Source: the human T2T-CHM13v2.0 reference genome, Homo sapiens
Assembly (NCBI RefSeq): GCF_009914755.1
Contig: NC_060947.1
DNA length: 64,000 nt
Strand: one strand, 5' to 3'
Both the position numbers and the translations under genes were made by a program. Positions 1 to 14,554 of the stretch are shown one piece after another; within the stretch, counting starts at the first letter, position 1, and each line of letters begins with the position of its first letter. The notes beneath the pieces were generated by a model. That model saw only the letters and a program-made list of their open reading frames with translations. It was not told the origin of the DNA and searched no databases.

Positions 1-780
<780 letters not shown>

Positions 781-1635
781 CAATTTGATGAGTTTTGACA
801 GAGCACATACCCATGAAACCACCACACCCATCTAGAGAGAAAACATTTCCATCAGCCCAAAATGTTTCTTCATGCCCCTTTGTGCGATCCCACCATTGCC
901 CTGGACCTAGGAAATCACTCATTGTTTTCCATCACTAGAGGTTAACTTTGCCTTTTCTTGGCCCTCATACATATGGGATGATACAGTATGTACTTTTTGT
1001 GTCTCACTTCCTTCTAAGGTGAATCCTTTTTAAACAAAGTAGTGAGTTTCTCATTTATCACTTTCAGATTTTCATGTAAAATATTTTCTTAAACTGCAAA
1101 CTCCTTTCTATATAAATCATAACCATACACAGATTGAGGTAGAGTCTCTGTAGGTTTTAAGGAGAGTTAAAATGGAAATTAACATTACACTTATCTAGAG
1201 CCATGGAGAGAAGAGATAGCAAGCGTTTATTTCTGCATTTTCTTCGATGCGTCCATTTTCAGAAAATGTCAGGGATTTCTGATGCATTTATAATTTCATT
1301 CATACTAAATATGATAGTATGGTATATGGTGTCTGATGGACACAAGAAGCAAAATAATGAAGGTCTTAAGAATGACCTAATATTTAGAGATTAAAAAGTA
1401 AACAACAGTGTAAACATCTCAATTACCAGAATGCCCAAGTAGCTGGAATTCATTTTTCCTTTCCATTTTTATTATAGAGGCAAATCGCAAGAGACTGACA
1501 TGTAATAGTCAACAATTACACCCCAAAATTTTTGATGGATCAGTGCAGTCCAGGAAAGAAAGCACTACTGGTAGTCTTATAGAGCTCTGTCCTTATTAGC
1601 ACTGTTCTGTTCAAAATACTGATGAATAGTTGGAT

Positions 1636-1790
1636 CAGTGGCTTGTAACCTTTTTCTGAGGTCATGGAACACCTTGAGAATCTGCTGAAAACTCTAAACT
1701 CATCTTCACTGAAAGATGCTTATACACATAAAGTGTCACATATAGTTTCAGGTGAGTTACAGACTCCCTGAATCCAAGATGAAGAAACAG
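1636..1790. mobile_element. hAT-Charlie-type MITE relic; a similar copy lies at ~4147-4320
   Basis: CAG(T/G)G...aacctt start; shared ttgagaat(c/t)tg.tgaaa core in both copies. Confidence 0.45.
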
Positions 1791-3014
1791 TTACTTAGAT
1801 CAAAACACACAAAGTACACTTAATAAATTTGTGGATGACTTGCTCCTAGGGGGAATGGCCACTAGGCTATAAGAAAGAATCACGATTCAGAATGATCTTG
1901 ATAGCTCAAAAGTGGAGTTGAAACCAACAAAATGAATTTGACAGGAATAAATAGAAAAATCTGGATTTAAAAATATGAAGTACATGTTGCCCAGGCAGAA
2001 ACCCTACATGGGCAAGGTTAGGAAGCACATGAGATTAATCTGAATTCGTACCTTTGGATCTCTCCTTTCAGTGCCATTTCTGGCCTTGTGGCATCTTATT
2101 TTCCAAACACCCAGGATTCTCATGCTCCCATTAGCTCAGTGACCCTCTCAGTTCTTCTTCCCTCGGGCAAGACTCATTGCGCAGGACCTAAAGTAGCTGT
2201 TCTGTAACCTGTTCTTGTCCAGTGAACATGATCTTTCATCATTCAGTGATCTCATTAGGTTGATAAATGAGTTAGTCTTCTTTGGAGTATTTACCTTTTA
2301 AAGAGGACTCAAGCACAGATAATCCTTAATCTGAAGAGTCTAAACAATCCAGAGGAGATATATTTCTGAAAAAAGGAAACTTCTCAGCCCCTCTCAAATC
2401 AAACCAGGTGGTTTACCACCCATTCAATCTACTCTGGGCAACTCAGTTTTGATCAACTTTGATCAGAGCTAGAAGAGTGCTCTGAAATAAATAGTATTCA
2501 AACTTTTTCAACCCCAGCACACCTGAGTTATAACACATACAGTGGGCCACTCCTAACAATGATGAAGCTGGAGGTGGGAGATGATGTACAATTAAATTAT
2601 TGGTGGGGGAGACAGGAAGGGGTAAATGTTCTTTTAAAAAGCTGGTTCACTCTTATATATTGCCACCCAGCCCCTAGAGGAGAATCCCTGAGTGCAGAGA
2701 AGTAAAATAATCTGCCTGAGATTACGCAAAGTCAAAACTAGATCCACATCATCTGGATTTCAGGGCAATGCTTTTCAACTGCACCAAACTACTAATTTCA
2801 GTGAAACAAACCCAAGCTTTAGTAATAAAAAGTTGTTTTACAATGTCTACCTGCTGGAAAACACATCAGTGGGCCTCATAAAAGGTTTAAACTAATCGAT
2901 AAAGACTCAGTACTCCCACTTGTCTTTGAAACTTTGGTTTAAAAACAAAACAAATAATTCAGAGATGATAATGAGGGCTCCAGGAAACCATAAAAAGATA
3001 TGCCAATAAAGAAA

Positions 3015-3826
3015 AACTGTTCCACTACTCACAACACTTCAGAAAGCAAATGTGTGGGGTTTCCACACCAAGTAATTCTCCAATTCTCTGCAGACACTGA
3101 CTGGGTGTCCTGCAATTTAATTCAATTCTGACACTACCCAGGGTTGGGTCTGACAAGACTGCCCCCAACTTCAGACACATCACAAGTATTGGGTGCCCAG
3201 TGTACCCACACTTCTGTTAGACTTGGGTACAAATTGGGGGTTCCCGCAACCTCAAGTTTGATAATTTGCTGTAATGGCTCATAGAACTCAAGGAAACACT
3301 GTTGTCCACCAGTTTATTATAAAGGACATTATAAAGGATACAGATGAATGGCCAGCTGAAGAAGTACATAGGGTGAGGTCCAGAAGGGTCCTGAACATAG
3401 GAGCTTCTGTTCCCATGGAGTGGGGGTGTACCACTCTTCTGGCATGTGGGTGTGTCACCAACCTAGATGCTCACCAAACCCTGTAGTTTATGAATTTTTA
3501 TGGAGGCTTCATCACATAGGTATGATCAACTATTAACTCAATCTCCAGCCCCTCTTCCCTCCCTGGAGGATGGGGGGTTGGGGCTGAAAGTTCTAATCCT
3601 CTAATCATGGCTTGGTCACTAATAGCCCCCGTTCTAAAGCTATCCAGGAGCCCACTAAGAGTTGCAACATTAGAACAAAAGGCACTCCTATCACCCAGGA
3701 AATCCCAAGGGGTTTAGAAGCTCTATGTAAGACACTCCTATCACTCAGGAACTGTCAAGGGTTTTAGGAGCTCTGTTTCAGGTACTGGGGGCTGAGACCA
3801 AATATGTATTTCTTATTACGTCACAG
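3015..3826. mobile_element. MER21-like LTR element
   Basis: aattcaattctgacact, repeated cactcctatcac.cagga...gggttttaggagctct motif, terminal tatttcttattacgtcaca. Confidence 0.65.
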
Positions 3827-4558
3827 CCAAATTAAAGAAAAGCACCAGGATAGGTGTTTCAACTAACCGGTTATTTTCAAAATGCCAGAATACCTTCCAT
3901 TTGGTCCACTGTCTTTGAAGAGGCAGAAAAGAAAATGAATTAGAATCCAGGAAAGCTAGATTTTGGTACTGGCTGTTTCTCTAGCTCTGGGTATATTCTC
4001 ATCTGTAAAATGGAGATGATTTCTGCCTTCTTAAAGACTACAGTGAGAATAGATGTGAAAACTTATAAATTAAAAAACTGTAGTAGAACTATAGTTGTAG
4101 AAATGAGGTCTCCTGACAACTGATTCAGTATTCTTTTTTGTCTCAACCAGGGATTTTTAACCTTTTGGGGGAATCACAGATGTCCTTGAGAATTTGATGA
4201 AAGCAATAAATCCTCTTCCCAGAGAAATTCACATTACAAATTTCTGCTTTCAATTTTAGGCAGTCAATAGAACTGTGAAGCTGGAGCCATAAACCACAAA
4301 GTCAAGAATCTTTATACTCTATCAGACTTGCCAACAGATTGATTTGGAGGCCTTGTAGTGTAACAGAATATGGGAGCAGAAAGCAGCAGACGCAGCCATC
4401 TAAGGAATTCATTGTAGTTGGTACAGCTGAGAAATTGGGGAATCAAACACTAGTGTCATACAGTTAAATGTTAAGTCAAAGATTATGAAGAAAAACACAG
4501 ATTTACTTTGAAGTTCCCAAAACCTCAGTGAAATTGTAATTCTCTATAACATATTTAA

Positions 4559-4924
<366 letters not shown>

Positions 4925-5814
4925 AAATTATGTTTTGAAACTGTAAAATCTGCTGACCTTGAATCAGCTTCATCTCTAACACCTTTCCTACAGACACAGG
5001 TAACAATCTGATCAATATCCGAGGCCACTAATATCTTTATTTTATACAAATCTGTGATCTAAATATTAACAAGTCATGCCATTTAAAATGCCAAAAGCCT
5101 ACAAATTACCTGTGGCTTAGCTCCATCTGTATTGCTTATTGAAGAACTCGGATGAATTTCCTTTTACACCCACGAAACCTATCACCTCAGACAATTAACT
5201 CAATATTTATGAAGAGTAAATGTCTTCAGTTGTAACAGACAAAACTTTACTCTGATCACACTAAAAATACTAGAAATATTATTTCCCCTGCTATCAAGTC
5301 TATCTCCAGCATTCAATAGAGTTTTGTTCTATAAGATGCTTCTCTGATTGTTAAGGTTAGCACTCACAATACTTCTGTAAAAAGTTTCTATATCAGTAAC
5401 ACAGTTCGTGTTTACGAAACTCATTTTAGCTACTGATCATTAAGACTTTGACCGAAAATTAATGCAAGTTTGTAGGTTCACTTGGATCACTTATTTCGAG
5501 CAGTATTTGCAGCATAAAATTCAAATAAAAAATAATCTGAAAGTCACTTGGAGTTCATTAGATTTTATGACTAGTATCAGTTAAGATGCTTCCCTAAATG
5601 GAGCTCAAGTTTATACTTAATAATTTCCTTTTGTTCTACATTTAATTAGCAATTCAGAAGATGGCTATTTTAAAAGATTTTAGCTACAATTCAAGCTTCA
5701 CTAATTTTATTGACTTAGAGCTACCAAAAACTGAGAAATGTCTTTACTAAGGATTCTAAGGCTTAAGTGAATTCTAGCTAATTTGAAAGAAAAATTGGAA
5801 GATTCTTTCAACAT

Positions 5815-5820
5815 TTTATT
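5815..5820 (-). terminator. PSMD10: Likely PSMD10 polyadenylation signal (AATAAA); alternative at 5950-5955
   Basis: TTTATT on + strand ~750 nt past the stop; usage inferred. Confidence 0.6.
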
Positions 5821-6569
5821 TTTTAGTTTCTGAAATACAAATCAAAATACATTTTTGTTACATGTCATTTTAACAAGCTTGACATTCTTTTCAATACAGG
5901 ATGACACAAAATAGGTACTTTAAAACTTCCTTTTAAGAAAACCATACATTTTATTTCAGAGTAAACAACCCATCAAAAACAAATACATAGGTATATGGGC
6001 TATTGTTTTTCAGTATTTTAGAGCACACCATCCAACTTAAAATGTGGTCCACTAAAATATGTAAATATCCCTCCTATCACAAAAATAAATTAAACCTCAT
6101 GGTTAAAAAAAACAGAAACGTTTGGCGTAGGCCTGAGTGAGCTTGAAAAACAAGTTAGGATGTTTTAACTGTATGGAGGAACATTACAGAATCCACATAG
6201 AAACATCTGGCAGAACAACTAGCTTGTTGCTATTGGAGCTGTTCTGTTTCAGAGAGGGATATAAGGTACATGGGAGGGTGCTGAAGACTCACAACAGCCA
6301 CAGAATTAGTTACTCCAAATTAACCAGAATTCAATATAGAAGAATATACGACAACAGTAGAACAATCTCAACAGTTATTCGATGCCTGGAAAACAAGCTG
6401 TAAGCTTCGAACAAGTAACTCAGCAGGAACAAGAGTCAACATGTTTATAAGACTTTGAAGGTGAGAAAACTTCATCATTCATAGATGATGTCTTGTGCAC
6501 AAATACATTAGTTTGTAGGACACTGGGGACAACAACACAACATACAAAGTAAGAATAAATCCAAGCTGT

Positions 6570-6723
6570 TTAACCTTCCACCATTCTCTTGAGTATTAAA
6601 CCCAGGCCACCTTTGGCCACTTGCAGGGGTGTCTTTTCTTCTTTATTCTCAATGTAAATACTTGCTCCTTGGGACACCAGCAGTTTTGCTTCTTCCACTC
6701 TCTCCTCATCACAGGCTAAGTGT
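6570..6723 (-). CDS. PSMD10: PSMD10 exon 5 coding part (to stop)
   Basis: tcag|A CAC TTA; HLACDEERVEEAKLLVSQGASIYIENKEEKTPLQVAKGGLGLILKRMVEG then TAA at 6572-6570; all exons sum to 681 nt (226 aa + stop). Confidence 0.97.
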
Positions 6724-7769
6724 CTGAAATCAGGGACCACCAGAGACCAATTAATCACTACCAATTCTATGTAATGGTTAGGATTTCTTGCTAGGTAGTC
6801 TGAAGTGCATATGATTAAGAAATGGTAACATTGGAAAGTTATTTAATCAGGAAAGAAACATCAGTTTGCATAGGGAGACTGTAAGTTAAAATTCTACAAA
6901 AAAAGCCTTGTAATACCAGATCGTAAATCATAATTCTGGTTCTACTTACAATAGAAGAAGGGATCTAAATGCTAGCCTAAGGAACAACTTTCTCATTTTA
7001 CAGAGATAAGTAGTTGTTTACCTCAAACACTACATGTAATAATTCAGGGTTAGAATTTAGAAAAGCCTCAGTTCATAAACTGTTAATAGTAATTCGTGCA
7101 GCTTAAAGTTTGAAAAAGCAGTTTAAAAGATTTTATCTCATTTAGTCCATATATCTATCTTATAAGTTAGCAAAGTATTATTATCATCATTTTACAGTTG
7201 AAATGGTGACAGAGGTTAAAGTTCCTACCTATGCTGACATGTCTTGGCAGTAGACTGAGTGGAAGAGGGTAACAACTTTTGCCATGCACTTAAGAGTTTG
7301 CCAGGAGGGTATTAGGAGGCACTTTACATGTTGCTTTACTTAAACCTCACAATAATCTAGTGAGGAAGGAATTATTACCCTTATATTACAGATGAGGAAA
7401 TTAAGATTCAAGGAAGATTAAGTAACTTTTATAAATTGTTTAATACAAGTATTTAATATTGTTAGTAAGTGGTAGAGTCTGAATTGGGTGAACATCATCT
7501 AGCTATTCATAAATCCTATGTTCGTCCCAGTACTCTATCTTGTCTGACTCCTAGATTTCCTCTAGGCCATCCTGCCTTTCTATTTATGGAGAAAAGAGGT
7601 AGGGCATACAGGTCTTTCTAAACAGGGTCTCTTAGAATGCAGGAAAGATTTTAAAAACTAAGAGTTAAGAAAATAATACTTTTTAAAAGTTGGCTTAAAG
7701 TCAAATTGGAAAAGGCTGAACCTCACTCTGGACTAAAAAGAAGACTCACAGAACTTCTGGTTCAAGAAA

Positions 7770-9210
<1,441 letters not shown>

Positions 9211-9281
9211 ATGATGTATAAGAATTATTGCAAGAAGGCTAATGTCAGGTAGAATACAAATGACTGCTACTTGTCACTTAC

Positions 9282-9448
9282 AGAGGAGTGTTACCCTCAG
9301 TGTCTTGGATGTTTGTGGATGCTTTGTAGTACAGAAGGATATGAATCATCTTCAAGTTACCCTTGGCTGCTGCCCGGTGCATTGCTGTAGCCTCATAATG
9401 GTCCTTAGCATCTGGATTAGCCCCGCCTTCCAGTAACATGACAGCGAT
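9282..9448 (-). CDS. PSMD10: PSMD10 exon 4
   Basis: ccag|ATC ... CT|GTAAGT; 167 nt; IAVMLLEGGANPDAKDHYEATAMHRAAAKGNLKMIHILLYYKASTNIQDTEGNTP (matches ORF 9278..9508); intron 3 is only 100 nt. Confidence 0.97.
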
Positions 9449-9548
9449 CTGGAAAGATGGAGAAGAAAGAAGAAAACAATGCAGAAATCTATCTGTGTTT
9501 GTATACACGTTTAGAACTCAACAGAAGTAGCCTAGGATGGAACCATAC

Positions 9549-9695
9549 CTCATGCCTGTTTTTCGAAGCTGCATAATGTAAGGGAGTACAGCCATTTTGA
9601 TTGACAGCATTCACTTGAGCACCTTTTCCCAGAAGGGCTTTTACAATCTCATCCCGGCCAGCAGAAGCCGCAATATGAAGAGGAGACCAACCTGC
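9549..9695 (-). CDS. PSMD10: PSMD10 exon 3
   Basis: tatag|GCA ... GAG|GTATGG; 147 nt; AGWSPLHIAASAGRDEIVKALLGKGAQVNAVNQNGCTPLHYAASKNRHE. Confidence 0.97.
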
Positions 9696-10006
9696 CTATA
9701 AAAGAAGTAGGTAGTAGAAATACCAGGGGAAAAAGGCACAAGGATTAGTGCTAACATTTAGGAAGGGTTAGCAAGGAGCTTTACAAAGGCAAAAAAATAT
9801 TTGCCTACAAAAAAGGTTCCATTCTTACTCTTCACAAATCTAATCCTAATATAACCATATCATTAGAATAAATCTCTTTATGTAACAAAAAAGTTATTTA
9901 GGTCCTCATTATTCAGGCCATGTTCACCAAAAAACAAAAAATCCAACATAATAGAAAGAGTTTATGGTCTTTTAGGGTTCACCATAACAAGCCCTGATCT
10001 GTATGT

Positions 10007-10125
10007 TTATTTTTGTTTTTTTATTTTTAGAGACAAGGTCTCAGTCTGTCACCCAGGATAGAGTACAATGGCTCACTGCAGCCTCAAACTACTAGGCTGG
10101 AGCAATCCTCCTACCTCAGCCTCTC
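10007..10125 (-). mobile_element. Partial Alu (right-arm fragment)
   Basis: gagacaaggtctcagtctgtcacccagg...ctcagcctc. Confidence 0.8.
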
Positions 10126-10347
10126 CTGTATGTTTACCTTAAATCACAGAGTATGAGTGGCAAACATAACATTGTAAAATAATGCAACCATGAGTCTCAT
10201 GCTTGATCACAAGGGCCATGATGTAACTTTCCAGTCATAAAGGTTACAATTTTCTTTATAAGCTTAATGCACAGGCTTCAGTAAACACCAGTCTGGAGTA
10301 CAAAGATAACTGGGAATTTATCAACTCAACTTTATCAAAGTACTCAC

Positions 10348-10446
10348 ATCGTCTTTATCATTCACTGGCACTCCAAGTTGCAACAAAAATTCAACAATTT
10401 CTGTATGTCCAGCTGAGCATGCCCAGTGCAATGCAGTTCTGCTGTC
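10348..10446 (-). CDS. PSMD10: PSMD10 exon 2
   Basis: gtag|GAC ... GAT|GTGAGT; 99 nt; DSRTALHWACSAGHTEIVEFLLQLGVPVNDKDD, one ankyrin repeat. Confidence 0.97.
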
Positions 10447-11146
10447 CTACAGAGAAGCAGTAATAGAAACATTCTTGAAATAGAAGGCAAAAAAGCAAGA
10501 AAAAAAATACTGGTGCTGGCAAATCTATAGTTTGAAAATACGAAATGCAGAGCACTGGATCCTCAGGTAGGTAACCTTAAACTATATTACTTACTGGTAT
10601 AAGACAGATGAAGGTTTAAGTAACATGGGGAGAATGACATTGATGAACATACGTAATTCTGGGCAGAATACGACAAGGAAAGTAGTAGAGCAAGAAACTG
10701 ATTTCAATGCTTTGACAGAAATACATCTTTGGTTGTTTTACTATTACATTATTTACGTACTTTTATGTCAGGCACTGTGCTGGGAGTTTTACATGTATAG
10801 TATCATTTAATTCCTACCATTCTACACAGTGCTTATTATCTCCATTTTTCAGATGAGGAAACTAAAACTCCTCAGGGTAAGCAACTTGTGGACGGTCATA
10901 TGGATACTAAATGGTGAAGTTGGGGCACAACTGTCAGTGAAGTTCTGACTCTGAAATCTCTACTACCACACTGACCTCAAGTTAGATGCTGTAGAAGGAA
11001 CACATGAATCTAATGGGGGAAGAAATGTTCATTAAACTAGTTGAAATTATCTAGAATTTAAAATCATAAATAAATTAGAAATATAATTTAGAAAACACAA
11101 CACACAGAAAACAAGAAAATTACTTTTTATAAAAAATAATAAGCTA

Positions 11147-11500
<354 letters not shown>

Positions 11501-13002
11501 CTATTTGCAGTGACTGCTATACTTCTTAGCCCCACAGAATAGAAAATGGTATTTTAAACTCTATTACAAAAAAATTTCAAACACAAAAATAGAGGGAATA
11601 GAATAGAAACCCACAGGCCTACTGCTTAGATTTAACAACAAACATCTTGCCCTATTTGCTTTAACTAGTTTTTTCCTTGCTGAGCTTTCCAAAAACAAAT
11701 CCTAAATATCATGACTTTTCACCCTTCTCTTTCAGTATGTAAAAAATAAAGGTATTTCTTATATAACTATGAGACCATTATTACACTTACTAAAATTAAC
11801 ACTAACTCCTTTAGAATGTCTAATATCCGGTCTGTATTCAGATTGCCCCCAACTGTCTCCCAAATGTCTTTTTGCAGTTGGTTTGTTTAAATCAGGAACC
11901 AGACGAGATCCATAAATTGCATTTCTTCATGTTTTTTACGTCTCTTGATGCTGAATAGTTCCTTTCCCTTTTTAAGCCACTGACTTGACTGAAGAATGGT
12001 TAAATTTCCAATGGAGTATTAAATCTTAATATAAAGTATTACATTTAAATTTAAATCCTTAAATATCACCAGACCATAATGAAGTAAACCAGGTAAAGAT
12101 AAGGCCATTTTCAGGTTGAGTAATAAAGGAAAGTTCCAGAAAAGAGAAAACAGTCTCTTGATTTCTAATTCTCTCCCAAAAGACACAAAATGGAGATCTG
12201 TAAGTATGGGACAGTCTCACTAGTGCTTACGACACTGTCTGCGAAACACAAGGCCATCTATAAATATTTGTGGGCTTACTAAAGGCACCATGAATCCTAG
12301 AAACTGAGGATGAAAGCACGAGAGTCCTGTGAGCAGGAGGGCAGAAAGAAACACTTCTAAACTTCTGTCTACCTCTGCTTAGAATGTCCACTCATTCCCC
12401 CATGGAAATCCCACTCATGCTTCAAAGTCTAACTAACCTTCCCTTCTTTGCAAAAACTTTTCCAATTAACGACAGTCATATTCAGCATCAGATCCTCCTA
12501 TTAACGTGTTCTGAAAGCACCATGTAAACTTCTCTGCCGAGTATTTACCACAATTTGTAATCGGACATGTTTTTGTGCTTATTTTATTGTCTGCATCTTC
12601 CACTCCACCGTATCCCCAGCTCCTAGCAAACTGCCTGGCACGGAAGGGGCGTTCAATTTCACATGCGTTACTGAATACAGTTACTAGTAAAGGTAAATAA
12701 ATCCATATAAAAAGCCTTCCTTTTCACTGATTGGGAGTTTCTGAGAAATGCGGTAGACGTTCTAGAACTATCCAAAAATCAGGGAGCGGAGCTCCGGGCC
12801 AACGGGAAAATATCTGAGGTCTGTGGGGCTAGCTCCCGCAGGCCTATCGCGAGTCCCGAGGTGACCCAGGGGGACTGCTTGGGGCGGCGGGGGCGGGGTT
12901 CTGCTTCTCTCAGAAACGGGGCCTCCGCTAGGGCCGGGCCCCGAAAGCCACGTAGGGCTTCGCCGACGTCGCCGACTGCGGAGAGACCTAGCGTTGCTTT
13001 AC

Positions 13003-13116
13003 CTGGTCAGTTCTAGTAGCCAGGGATTTATCGGCCAGAATACTCTCCTTCAACTCTTCCAGCTTCCCGCTGTAGGCCAGGTTGCAGACCATTAGGTTAG
13101 ACACACACCCCTCCAT
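13003..13116 (-). CDS. PSMD10: PSMD10 (gankyrin, 26S proteasome assembly chaperone p28) coding exon 1
   Basis: ATG at 13116-13114 in gaaATGG context; translates MEGCVSNLMVCNLAYSGKLEELKESILADKSLATRTDQ; donor CAG|GTAAAG; 114 nt. Confidence 0.97.
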
Positions 13117-13422
13117 TTCGCTGTCCCAGCAACTACTTGTCGCGCGAGCAACGCCCGCCTCACGTCGCCGGCTCCGGCTACGCCAGTCAAAACAGCCGTT
13201 AGAGCTTCACCAATCACCGGCCTTCCTCGTTCCCTTTTCTTTTCCCGTCGCGCGGCGCCTCTGGGAGTTGCAGTTTGAGAGCAGTTCCGGGCAGGGAGGC
13301 GCCTTTGCTGCCCTCACAGACTTGGCCCCTAGCAGTGCAGAACTACAAGTCCCAGGGATCCTAGCGACCGTCCGTCCGTAGTCAAGTTGCCGGTGGAATT
13401 GGCCCAGGATGACAGCTGGAGA

Positions 13423-13432
13423 ATGGAGTCAG
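13423..13432 (+). CDS. ATG4A: ATG4A coding exon 1 (MES + 1 nt)
   Basis: agaATGG strong Kozak; ATG GAG TCA G|GTACGG; phase 1 joins exon 2 to give MESVLSKYEDQ. Confidence 0.9.
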
Positions 13433-14149
13433 GTACGGGGAGCGGCTTTGAGTGGAACCGTGTGAAAGAGCCGGGGTGGGTAGTCGCTGGCGGGTCGTTG
13501 AGTCGGCCATATGAAACAGGTTCGGGGGCAGGGCAAGAGTTATGAGAGCCTAAAGGTCCTGTCCCCCGGGGTTCCTGACCTGCAGTGGCAGGCGGAAGGG
13601 ACAAGGGTTGGAGCTGAGTACTACCTACTGAGCTCGAACCGGTGACTGTGGCTACCCTCCCCCTCCCTGCCACCGCCTAGGGAGTGGAAAGAAGTGGGGG
13701 TTAATTACTCTGACATCTCGGCGGTGTGGCATCAGGACAGGGTTCTACCACAGCAGTGATAGCATATGGCACCGTACTGAGGTGATGTGCCAGGGTGATG
13801 CCAAAGGCAGGGTGTGATGCCGTGGGAGCCACCTGATATCTAAGAGACCTCGGTGAGTCCATAGCCTGGTGACATCACAGCTTGATGAGGGTCATCTTAA
13901 GGATACCGGGCTGTGGTGTTGGCATTTTAATATCACGATATTAACTATGTTGTCAAGGCTTTGCTACAACTATTAAGCTAATAGTGTTTCTTTTTATAGA
14001 AATCCCAAATAGTGCCATAGCAGAAGCAATGCAAGACTGATCCTTTATAGGGCATATCCAGAGGACATTATGCCACAACTAGGTAACGATAAGAATACAT
14101 TCAAGAAAGAGACTCATGATGTTTATGTTTATCCTGTTATAGTGTAGAA

Positions 14150-14550
14150 CAGGAGTTGGGAAACTTTCTGTAAAGAGCCAGATAGTAAATATTTTAGGCT
14201 TTGTAGGCCAAAAGGCAAAATCAAGAATATTTTGTTGGTACTTTTATGACAAAAGAGAAAACAAATTTCAACAAATTTTTATTGATGAAATTCAAAATAT
14301 AATAGTAATTGAGTACTTTTTTTGTAATACAGGAAGACTACCAATGAGAAGAATAGAATTCTTTTTAGGGGATAATATTTTGCTTAATTGGGGCTCAGAA
14401 TTAGTGTTCCCTATTGTCAAAATTGATTTTAAGTGTTCATCTGTTAATGCTGATCTGTTAGGAAATTTTTACCTATTTAATCTTTGAAAATGTCATTTTA
14501 CATAGATAGGTACTGCCAAATACTGATATCAATTCATAAACATATACTTT
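14150..14550. mobile_element. hAT-Charlie (MER58/Cheshire-like) fragment
   Basis: caggagttgggaaactttctgtaaagagccagatagtaaatattttaggc end motif. Confidence 0.6.
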
Positions 14551-14554
14551 TTTA

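Larger units (their letters stand above)
12745..13730. promoter_or_regulatory. CpG-island bidirectional promoter shared by PSMD10 and ATG4A
   Basis: Only CpG-dense non-Alu stretch; divergent ATGs at 13116 and 13423; CCAAT 13210-13214, ETS-like TTCCGG 13285-13290, ZNF143-type motifs 13261-13274 (-) and 13342-13355 (+), GC boxes ~12881-12898. Confidence 0.9.

Noticed and set aside
13082-13673. 99-aa (+) and 114-aa (-) ORFs over the promoter
   Set aside because: Stop-poor CpG island; no homology recognised
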